From assembly GCA_038877255.1 (NCBI GenBank), contig JAVYWZ010000016.1, forward strand, positions 1-17,188: a stretch of 17,188 nucleotides of DNA, given 5' to 3'. Origin of the DNA: Candidatus Micrarchaeaceae archaeon. Lineage in GTDB: Archaea > Micrarchaeota > Micrarchaeia > Micrarchaeales > CABMGC01. The translations under genes were made by a program, and so were the position numbers. Shown piece after piece: positions 1 to 7,545 of this stretch. Under the pieces are notes generated by a model. It did no database searches. It saw nothing but the letters and a program-made list of their open reading frames with translations, and was not told the origin of the DNA. Within the stretch, counting starts at the first letter, position 1, and the number at the start of each line of letters is the position of its first letter.

Positions 1-2
1 CG

Positions 3-1739
3 GTGCTTTATAATAACATGCTTATATATGCAAACACTACGAATATTACAGCAGTAAATCCTATTAATGGCAAAACTGCGTTTACAACAAATTCAATAGG
101 AGGAACCTTGATATCAGGCTTGCTCATAACAACGCCACTGCTTGCTTATGATGGCAAGATAGTTTTTGGAACAAGCTCAGATAATGTATATGCGATTTAT
201 TCAGGCAACGGCACAGAGGCATGGAGTGTAAGTCTTGGCGCTGGCGAGCAGCCTCAGTTCCTAGCAGTTGCTGGTGGCAATCTTGCCGCAAAAACAACAT
301 CGGGAGAGCTTGCGCTGATTGGCACGCAAGGCACTGCTGCAGGCATCCTCTGGTCTAAGCCTTCACTTGGAACCAGCTCTGCAGTTTCAAGCATGCAAGA
401 CATTCTTTACTTCGGCAACGGCGATAATGTAAATGCTACATATACTAACGGAACCTCTGTGCCAGGGTTTCCTGGAGGAACGAGCCAAATAGTATACGCT
501 GTTGCACCTTATGGCTCTGTGATTTATTACCAACTGCAAAATGGCGTAATAGCAGTATCTACTACTGGCAGCGAGCGTTGGAGCATTTCTGTTCCCGGCT
601 CGTTTGGCAACGCAGTTACAGGCTCTTCTTCGCTCATTGCATCAAATAACTATTTGTATGCACTTTGGCAGAATGGCCTTGCCATAATAAACACAACAAC
701 GCACGGCTTCACGTTTGCGCGCCTGCCGTACTCGCCGATAAGCAATGAAAGCCTTGCTTATGGCAGACTTTACGTTGTAGCAAACAACAAAATAATAGCG
801 TTTGGCTCATGTCCTGCAAGTTCCGGCGAAAACGCATTTTATGCAAGTGCCACAATGTTTGCAAATGGCTACGCCAGCTGCGCTGATTCATTGCTAAACA
901 GCATTAAGACAACAGAAAATTATGACGTGTTTGTAAATAATACCTTCGGGCCTTCGATGTCAATTGCCAAGTTTAATGGCAACGACGCGTATGCAAAGGC
1001 GCAAAATGAGGCATGGCTAAATACGACACTTGTTACAGCTTCATTCTGGATTAACATAAGCGCATACCCTAGCGGCGCGGTAAGGGTACTAAGTTATGGC
1101 GACAACGACACTGCAACAGGCCATTACTCGGGCTGGTTCTTTGCGCTCAACTCCAGTGGCGTATTGCGGTTCTACATAATGAACGGAACTGCTCAGACTG
1201 CAGTTCCTACAGCGATGAAGCTTGCACTTAACAAATGGTACAACATAGTTGGACTTTATAACGGCTCATATCTAGGGCTTTATGTCAATGGCGTTATTGC
1301 ATCGCAAGTAGGCCAAAGAGTAGCGCCAAAGAAGATATCAACGTCTATTGTGCCCCCTGGCCCTCAAATAAACCTTACAATAGGCAGTGGCACACCAATA
1401 AGCAACGTATTCTTTAACGGCTACATTAGCAACGTTCAGATATATGCAAAGCCGTTGCCGCCTGTAAGCATTTCAGAACTTAACAATGAAGGCCTGCAGT
1501 CAGGGCCCGTTTCTAATTACTTAGTTTCCTGGTATCCACTGCAAGGAGATACTAATGATTACAGCAACTACAGCAATGCGGCATATCCTTATTACATTTC
1601 TTTTGTAAAGAATGGATACGTACCTGCTAGCTACGCTAGCGCTTATGAGATAAGCAGAGCCAGCATACCAATAGCAATTCTCAACTACACAACAGGCAAT
1701 GTAATGGTAGAAAGTGCGGGTGTATTTGCATGGCACTGA
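3..1739 (+). CDS. Secreted surface glycoprotein with PQQ-like (BamB-type) beta-propeller repeats and a LamG-like jellyroll domain; 5'-truncated by the window edge
   Basis: Propeller-blade repeats (GKIVFGTSSDNVYAIYSGNGTEAWS; GVIAVSTTGSERWS; LAYGRLYVVANNKIIAFG). LamG motifs (AKFNG, TASFWINI, NKWYNIVGLYNGSYLGLYVNG, FNGYISNVQIY, LVSWYPLQGDTNDYS). About 17 N-x-S/T sequons. The frame is open from the window start. Confidence 0.85.
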   Translation: MLYNNMLIYANTTNITAVNPINGKTAFTTNSIGGTLISGLLITTPLLAYDGKIVFGTSSDNVYAIYSGNGTEAWSVSLGAGEQPQFLAVAGGNLAAKTTSGELALIGTQGTAAGILWSKPSLGTSSAVSSMQDILYFGNGDNVNATYTNGTSVPGFPGGTSQIVYAVAPYGSVIYYQLQNGVIAVSTTGSERWSISVPGSFGNAVTGSSSLIASNNYLYALWQNGLAIINTTTHGFTFARLPYSPISNESLAYGRLYVVANNKIIAFGSCPASSGENAFYASATMFANGYASCADSLLNSIKTTENYDVFVNNTFGPSMSIAKFNGNDAYAKAQNEAWLNTTLVTASFWINISAYPSGAVRVLSYGDNDTATGHYSGWFFALNSSGVLRFYIMNGTAQTAVPTAMKLALNKWYNIVGLYNGSYLGLYVNGVIASQVGQRVAPKKISTSIVPPGPQINLTIGSGTPISNVFFNGYISNVQIYAKPLPPVSISELNNEGLQSGPVSNYLVSWYPLQGDTNDYSNYSNAAYPYYISFVKNGYVPASYASAYEISRASIPIAILNYTTGNVMVESAGVFAWH

Positions 1740-1756
1740 AACTCTTTACTATAAGT

Positions 1757-4318
1757 ATGAAAGCGCAGATGATGAGCATACTTGTATTGCTAATGTTCCT
1801 TCTTATGCTCGCTACGCTCTTCACATTTGCAATGCTAAATGTAAGCAACAACAACATAGAGCAATCGCTTTCCCTTGCAAGCGGAACAAGTGGCTACTCA
1901 TCGCTGCTTAAGCTAAGCGCCAACAACTTTGCAGAGGCAAGCGCTGCCAAGGCGTTGCAGGTGCTTGCCAATTACGAACTAACACCAAGCATGAGAAAGG
2001 ACAATTTCATAACAAACATGAGCCTTTATCTTTCTCAGCTCATGGAAAACGGCACTGTGCCCAACGAAACCCAGGCGGCAGCTGCCAACACTATAGGCGC
2101 GATGGGCAACTTGACCTTTAAAGGCTACAATTCAATAGTTTCAGGAACGCTGGGCTTCTCTGTTTCAAACCTGTCTATTAATGAAACAGTGCCAAGAGTA
2201 TTTCAAACGAGCCCATACGCGATAAACATAGCATATGTTGAAAATATAGCGTTTACGGCCTCGCATAGCAGATACAAATATAGCATACCAGTAAACGTAA
2301 GCCTGCAACTAAACGGCACGCCTGATTTGATGTACGCGCAGCGAGGCATAGCAAGAAACATAAGGTTTGCAAGCCTAAACAACATAACAAGTACAATAGC
2401 GGATGCGCACGCGACAACAGGCAACTACATAGGCATTGCATACGGCACTGTTCTGGCCTTGCCAAGCAACTCGATAAGCGGAGCAAGCTGCCCGAGCTCG
2501 ACGCCGCTTCCGGCAAACGATATTATAATAGCTACATACAACGCCATAGGATTAGAAAGTTGCATGAACAGCTATGCGGGGCTTGTCTCATATATAGCGC
2601 CGACAAGCACGCCAACGGTGCCATATCTAATATACAGCTCAGGCACAAACATACTGCAGCAATTGCCTACAGGGAAAAAGGTGCTTATCTATGGCCCTGA
2701 GCTTGCTGTTATGAACATAGAAAACCTAAAGAACGCGATAAGCAACGGCTATTACTTTGCATCCCCATTCACTCCAAGTTACATAGACAGGGCGTCATGG
2801 AATTTAATGAAAAGCTCGCCAAATGGCATATTCACTTTTTCTAACTACAATACGCACGTGGCGCAGTTCAACGGCGTAAGCAGCTACATACAAATTCCAA
2901 ATGCCAATTCCTTACAACTTTCTACGACGACGTTTGGTGGTTGGGTCAATTATAAAGGTCCAACAAGTGGCAATTGGGATTGGCTTATTGCTAAACAGAA
3001 TGCTTATGGCGTTGGTGTTTGTGGTTCTTCACTAGATGTCTGTTTTTATAATTGGGGTACAGGTACCACTTATCAATCTTCATATGCACTTACCAAAAAT
3101 ACATGGTATTATCTCATAGCAGAAGTTGTAAATGGAAACGAAACTGTTTATGTAAATGGAAATAAGGTAATTGCAGACCCGCTTTCGGTTTCAAGCCAGT
3201 CTACTGTTGGATGGCAGATAGGATATGGTAATGCGGGCGGCCAACTTCTAAACGGCAGTGCAGGCAATATACAAATCTACAATACATCCCTCTCGGTAAA
3301 TGAGATACAGCAGCTTTACCAAGAAGGTATAGGTGGCGCGCCGCTCGCGAACGCAGGGCTCGTGGGCTGGTGGCCGCTGAACGGCAATGCCAACGACTAC
3401 TCTGGAAATGGAAACAACGGCACTGCAACTAACATAGCATATGTCAGTCCTGCAAATTATACAAGAGACAGCATCCTTGTTACTACAACGCCAAAAACAC
3501 AGCCGTTGCCTGGTATAGGCTCGTGCACTAGCAACGCAAACTGCAACTCTAATACAATGGCTAACTTGTTTATAAGCAATCTGCCACTAGAAAATAAACC
3601 GCAGTATGTCTCCTATTCAACAACTGCGTCGCAACAGATAATTGTGAATAAGGAATTTTTCCAAAACAATAGTTTTACAATTTTGGGATGGGAGTATTGG
3701 CCAAGCGGAGTAAATCTTGCAAACCCTGGAACATCAAATGGTGATTTGGGTTATGCATGGAGCGGTCCTACTGTTGGTGACGAGGGCTTTGGAATATTCT
3801 CCAGAAGCGATCATTGGTACTTAAATTTTTATGCGGATGATTTGGAGTGCTCAGCCGGACCTACAGCAGGCAGATGGTATCAATTCGGAGCGACATGGAA
3901 CAATAAAACAAAGCTGCAAACGATATGGGTGAACGGAGTTGCAAACTGCACGAGAACCAGTACAGGCTATTTAACTACAAACTCACCGCTTGATCTGCTT
4001 AGTGCTTCTGGAACATGGGATGGTAATGCCTACGCCAATGGATATGTCAGCAACATACAAATTTACAATACATTCCTCTCAGCAAGTCAAATTCAGGCCC
4101 TCTACAGCGAAGGCATATACGGCGCGCCGATAGACCTGCAGAATCTTGTTGGTTGGTGGCCGCTAAACGGCAATGCAAACGACTACAGCGGCAACGGCAA
4201 TAATGGCACTGCAACCAATGTTGTTTATTATCCAATCAATGGCACGTACACGGCGCAAGGACTTTCATCGCTTAATGGAATTGAAGATGAACTTGAATCG
4301 CTCGGCTTTGTAGGCTGA
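1757..4318 (+). CDS. Large type IV pilin-like (class III signal peptide) surface protein/adhesin with two LamG-like domains
   Basis: The ORF is open from ATG 1730. ATG 1757 gives MKAQ followed by a hydrophobic helix (MMSILVLLMFLLMLATLFTFAML), matching the archaeal [KR][GA]|Q prepilin pattern. Two LamG units each end in NIQIYNT.LS...IQ.LY.EGI.GAP...LVGWWPLNGNANDYSGNGNNGTATN. Many sequons and paired Cys. The start could be 1730. Confidence 0.85.
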   Translation: MKAQMMSILVLLMFLLMLATLFTFAMLNVSNNNIEQSLSLASGTSGYSSLLKLSANNFAEASAAKALQVLANYELTPSMRKDNFITNMSLYLSQLMENGTVPNETQAAAANTIGAMGNLTFKGYNSIVSGTLGFSVSNLSINETVPRVFQTSPYAINIAYVENIAFTASHSRYKYSIPVNVSLQLNGTPDLMYAQRGIARNIRFASLNNITSTIADAHATTGNYIGIAYGTVLALPSNSISGASCPSSTPLPANDIIIATYNAIGLESCMNSYAGLVSYIAPTSTPTVPYLIYSSGTNILQQLPTGKKVLIYGPELAVMNIENLKNAISNGYYFASPFTPSYIDRASWNLMKSSPNGIFTFSNYNTHVAQFNGVSSYIQIPNANSLQLSTTTFGGWVNYKGPTSGNWDWLIAKQNAYGVGVCGSSLDVCFYNWGTGTTYQSSYALTKNTWYYLIAEVVNGNETVYVNGNKVIADPLSVSSQSTVGWQIGYGNAGGQLLNGSAGNIQIYNTSLSVNEIQQLYQEGIGGAPLANAGLVGWWPLNGNANDYSGNGNNGTATNIAYVSPANYTRDSILVTTTPKTQPLPGIGSCTSNANCNSNTMANLFISNLPLENKPQYVSYSTTASQQIIVNKEFFQNNSFTILGWEYWPSGVNLANPGTSNGDLGYAWSGPTVGDEGFGIFSRSDHWYLNFYADDLECSAGPTAGRWYQFGATWNNKTKLQTIWVNGVANCTRTSTGYLTTNSPLDLLSASGTWDGNAYANGYVSNIQIYNTFLSASQIQALYSEGIYGAPIDLQNLVGWWPLNGNANDYSGNGNNGTATNVVYYPINGTYTAQGLSSLNGIEDELESLGFVG
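3359..3433 (+). repeat. Intragenic repeat copy 1 encoding LVGWWPLNGNANDYSGNGNNGTATN
   Basis: 25 codons with translation identical to 4145..4219; 15 of 75 nt differ, all synonymous. Confidence 0.9.
4145..4219 (+). repeat. Intragenic repeat copy 2 encoding LVGWWPLNGNANDYSGNGNNGTATN
   Basis: Matches 3359..3433 at the protein level; a degenerate third copy (LVSWYPLQGDTNDYSNYSNA) lies at ~1521..1580 in the upstream gene. Confidence 0.9.
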
Positions 4319-4337
4319 CACCAACTGCGCTTGGTGT
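4318..4337 (+). other. Stem-loop at the stop codon of the LamG gene (possible 3'-end/processing signal)
   Basis: ACACCAA-ctgcgc-TTGGTGT, a perfect 7-bp inverted repeat starting at the last base of TGA. Confidence 0.35.
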
Positions 4338-4667
4338 GCTCTTATTGCATGAGAATGTTTAACTCTGCGAGCGGATGTCACTTTGACTCGGCAAGCGCGT
4401 GAAGCGAGCAAATGAATATAAAAATAACAGGGATAAACATATGAGGAATTGCGTAAAATAGATTGGCATTATGTCCAATGCAGAAAAGAACGGCAGAATA
4501 GGAGAAAAAGGCAAGGCAACAATGGCAAAGCAAGCATTGCCGTTGAAGCGAGAAGCTCCAAACAAGCAGACGCGGTGGAAGCCCGGTCTGTAAGATCTGA
4601 GTAGTGCACTAATGTTGAAGCACTTCTCGGAGCGCAACAAAACTAAACCGCCATTCTTGTACTTGCA

Positions 4668-4715
4668 TTTTTGTTTTCTTGTTTCCTGTTTTTTTGTTTT
4701 CTTGTTTCCTTTTTT
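4668..4715 (+). terminator. Duplicated oligo-T tract, putative archaeal + strand terminator
   Basis: TTTTTGTTTTCTTGTTTCCT occurs twice (4668-4687, 4691-4710; period 23), followed by more T's, just before the converging TadC-like stop at 4739. Confidence 0.5.
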
Positions 4716-4738
4716 ACTCGGAACGTTTTAAGGTACTG

Positions 4739-5752
4739 TTATATCGCTGCTGTAGCGCCAGCTGCGCCGCCGCTTATCGAAGCGAATACGCCGCTTATCA
4801 CAAGCGACGTAATAAGAAACACGCCAAAGCCTATGAGCAGGAATAACGGCAAGTACCTTATTCCGCGAAGAATCGAACCTGATGAGATTGCGCTGACTAT
4901 TAAAGCTGCAAAGCCTGTTATCATTAACACCGCTGCAATTGCGAAGTTGTGATACATTGCTATTGTTATCTTTGGCGGACTCGGCCTGAGGAAAGAAACG
5001 CCGACTGTTGGCAAACCGCCTGGATTCGATTTTAGAATGCCAGCCCAAACAGTATCTGTAACGAAAATCATCTGGCTCGTTAGACCGTATAGCACTGGAG
5101 CGCCGACAAGAGCTGCAAACGCTATGAAAATTGTGTAGAGAAACAATTGCCCTGATATTTCCTTCTCTATTGTCTGCTGGGAGCGAAGGTCCTTTGCTAT
5201 CTGATTGAGCAGGTCAGTCATGCCTCCGCCGTATTGAATACCTTCAAGAATCATTCGTATCGTATGCTGCAGTTGCGTTGACCTGTAGCGCCTGCCCAGG
5301 TCCTGCAATGCCTGCTGGAGCGTCAGGCCAGCGTAAAGCGCTTTATCCATGTTTTTCACATCTTCGCTGAAATAACTAAATTCTGGCCTTGCAGCGACTA
5401 CAAGCGCTTTGTCTATTGCTATGCCGCTCCTTATATCAGCAGCCGCTATTTGCAGAAAGTCAGGCATTATCGATTCTACAAAGGTCTTGCGCTGCTCTAT
5501 CTTTGTCTCTAAAAGCGCATATATTATTATTGAAGGCACAGCAGCCGCTATAAGTCCAGCAATAGCAGAAAGCAGCACGTTTAACTTTAGCAACAAGAAT
5601 AGAGCGAAAGGCACAATTATAAGCAGGGCTATGCTGCTTATTATGACCTGTCTTAGGAACTTCTCAAGCGGTGTTTTTACTCCTGCCAACTTGAGCTCGT
5701 TTTCCACCAGTTCTACAACGCGCCTTGAAATAAGCCTTTCAAATTGAACCAT
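4739..5752 (-). CDS. Type IV pilus assembly platform protein, T2SSF family (TadC/ArlJ-like)
   Basis: T2SSF-like core (ESIMPDFLQIAAADIRSGIAIDKAL...GLTLQQALQDLGRRYRS...GGGMTDLLNQIAKDLR), several TM helices, located downstream of the pilus ATPase. Confidence 0.9.
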   Translation of the reverse strand: MVQFERLISRRVVELVENELKLAGVKTPLEKFLRQVIISSIALLIIVPFALFLLLKLNVLLSAIAGLIAAAVPSIIIYALLETKIEQRKTFVESIMPDFLQIAAADIRSGIAIDKALVVAARPEFSYFSEDVKNMDKALYAGLTLQQALQDLGRRYRSTQLQHTIRMILEGIQYGGGMTDLLNQIAKDLRSQQTIEKEISGQLFLYTIFIAFAALVGAPVLYGLTSQMIFVTDTVWAGILKSNPGGLPTVGVSFLRPSPPKITIAMYHNFAIAAVLMITGFAALIVSAISSGSILRGIRYLPLFLLIGFGVFLITSLVISGVFASISGGAAGATAAI

Positions 5753-5756
5753 TCTC

Positions 5757-6845
5757 TCACATTGTAAATACAGGCCTCGAGCTCCTCATTATGTTAAGGA
5801 ATATTATCTGCAGGAAGAAGATGCCTACAAGAGCGAAGAGCAGCAGAGTAGGCGTTACCGAAAAGATGTTTATGAAAGTTGTCAGTATCGCTGCAACTGC
5901 TATTCCCATACTTGGAAATATAACGCCGAAGAGCATGTAGAACATAGCAAGCGCGTTCAGCCTTTGGCCGTATCTTCTAAGCTCTATGACGCGCTCCTGC
6001 GTTACATCTTCTACAACGCCCTGCAGGGCGCCTGCCACATCGGCTCCTGCCTTTATGCTGACACTCGCCTGAAGCATTATTCTCTTGAACGACTTTGACT
6101 GGCTCTCCTCGCTTGCGCGGTCTATCGCCTGTTCTATTGGAACACCGAGCTGGACAAGCTCCACTATCTTTGCAAACTCCTTACTCGCTTCGCCATAGCC
6201 TGTGCTTACCGCAGCTATCGCGTTGAACAATGGCATGCCAGATCTTAAACTAACCACCATGTCTCTTGCTGCAAAGAGTATGTCACGCTCAACGCCCTTG
6301 CCTTGCTGCCTGCTTTTCTGCATAGGGAATTGCAGGAAGCGCTGGAAGAGCGCAGTGTAAATGGCATAGGCGAGCGCGAGGCTTAATACAATCCCTATAG
6401 CGCCGAGCCCGAAATGAATTAGCATAGCTGCTATCGCAACTGCAATTACTATTGTAACTATTATTGTGTTTATCAGCATGCGTTTTACGAACTCATATGC
6501 CGTTTCTTTGTTTCCTATCTCTCTAAGCGCAGGCTCGAGCTCCTTGTGCTTAAGAACAACCTTCGCTATATAAGTCTGAATGCTTGAAGGCTTCTTCTGC
6601 TGTTGCTGCATAATGCTAGGTGCTGCTTTTTGTTTTGTGACCTTATTTACTTGCCTATGAAAACTGCTAAATACGCTTGGCCTTTCAGTCTTTATCTTTA
6701 TTTTTGGAGGCTTTACCTTGACCTCTGAATACTCGTATATCGGTTTAGACCTTATTTTGAAAAAAAGGAAGCGCCTCTGCTTTGTATAGCCTATTGGCTT
6801 AGTGCCATTCGTGTCAATCGCCACAGGCTTCTTTTTAAACAGCAT
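5757..6845 (-). CDS. Type IV pilus assembly platform protein, T2SSF family (TadB/TadC-like), with basic N-terminal extension
   Basis: ERDILFAARDMVVSLRSGMPLFNAI...GYGEASKEFAKIVELVQLGVPIEQAI...GADVAGAL; C-terminal YMLFGVIFPSMG TM region; SD-like GAGGT upstream. Confidence 0.9.
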   Translation of the reverse strand: MLFKKKPVAIDTNGTKPIGYTKQRRFLFFKIRSKPIYEYSEVKVKPPKIKIKTERPSVFSSFHRQVNKVTKQKAAPSIMQQQQKKPSSIQTYIAKVVLKHKELEPALREIGNKETAYEFVKRMLINTIIVTIVIAVAIAAMLIHFGLGAIGIVLSLALAYAIYTALFQRFLQFPMQKSRQQGKGVERDILFAARDMVVSLRSGMPLFNAIAAVSTGYGEASKEFAKIVELVQLGVPIEQAIDRASEESQSKSFKRIMLQASVSIKAGADVAGALQGVVEDVTQERVIELRRYGQRLNALAMFYMLFGVIFPSMGIAVAAILTTFINIFSVTPTLLLFALVGIFFLQIIFLNIMRSSRPVFTM

Positions 6846-7545
6846 ATGTATTTACCTCATCAAAAACCTCTTTGAGCAAAGCATTCCTCAGCTCTGCAAG
6901 GTCGGTAGGTGCGGCATTCTGCTTGCCTTCAGCTATTAGCCTTGATAGCCCGTTAGCTTCTAGCTTTATTATCTTCAATTGCTCAGAGTTGAAAACATGC
7001 TCTTTCAAGCCTTCATCGATCTTTTCAAGGTCGCTTATTTGGTCGTTAAGCGACAGCGTTGGAAGCACCAAGCCCTTAAGCTGCCTTTGCTCACGCGCTT
7101 CGCTGAATGAGCGCCTTAGCGTACTGCCTGCTCCTGCTACGCTCTCGATTCTTTTGGCAGCTTCGTTAAGCTCTTTCTTAAACAGAATAGGCCTAGGCTT
7201 CGTCTGTTTTGCCTCTGCTTTTGCAGCTGCTTGAGCAGTTGCAATAGTTTGAGCCGTTAAAGATGATGGAGCGGGTGCAGAAGGTGTTGCTGACGCTGCT
7301 GCATACGGCGCACCTGTCATTGTTGGTTTTTCCTGTTCAATCGGCTGCGCCTGAGCCTGCGGTTGCTGTTCCTCTGATTTTTCATACTTGGCAAAGCCCA
7401 TAAGCTTAAGCGCTGAGCTATAATCGAGCGTCTTCACTTCAATACCTGGCATTATATCATCAGGGTTAACGACAAAGCTGCCCTGCTGCTGGGCACGGCT
7501 TTCCACGCTCTTTACCATATTCAAGGCTTCTTCATACGTGATCAT
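6835..7545 (-). CDS. Hypothetical cytoplasmic protein within the pilus operon (helical N- and C-domains joined by an Ala/Pro/Gln linker)
   Basis: 236-aa ORF; ATGA overlap with the ATPase stop and 11-nt overlap with the next gene; no TM segment or recognisable family. Confidence 0.8.
   Translation of the reverse strand: MITYEEALNMVKSVESRAQQQGSFVVNPDDIMPGIEVKTLDYSSALKLMGFAKYEKSEEQQPQAQAQPIEQEKPTMTGAPYAAASATPSAPAPSSLTAQTIATAQAAAKAEAKQTKPRPILFKKELNEAAKRIESVAGAGSTLRRSFSEAREQRQLKGLVLPTLSLNDQISDLEKIDEGLKEHVFNSEQLKIIKLEANGLSRLIAEGKQNAAPTDLAELRNALLKEVFDEVNTYAV

Noticed and set aside
3359..4219. Possible DGR template/variable repeat pair
   Set aside because: Differences are synonymous and not adenine-specific, both copies are coding, and no reverse transcriptase is in the window.
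4359..4640. 93-aa - strand ORF in the spacer
   Set aside because: No recognisable motif or start signals; its Phe/Leu richness simply mirrors the A-rich + strand.
4668..4715. Possible CRISPR or mini-array
   Set aside because: Only two low-complexity T-rich copies separated by 3 nt; no spacers or cas genes.
4319..4738. tRNA, SRP RNA or RNase P RNA in the spacer
   Set aside because: No cloverleaf/T-loop or conserved SRP/RNase P motifs recognised; the central part is too A-rich.
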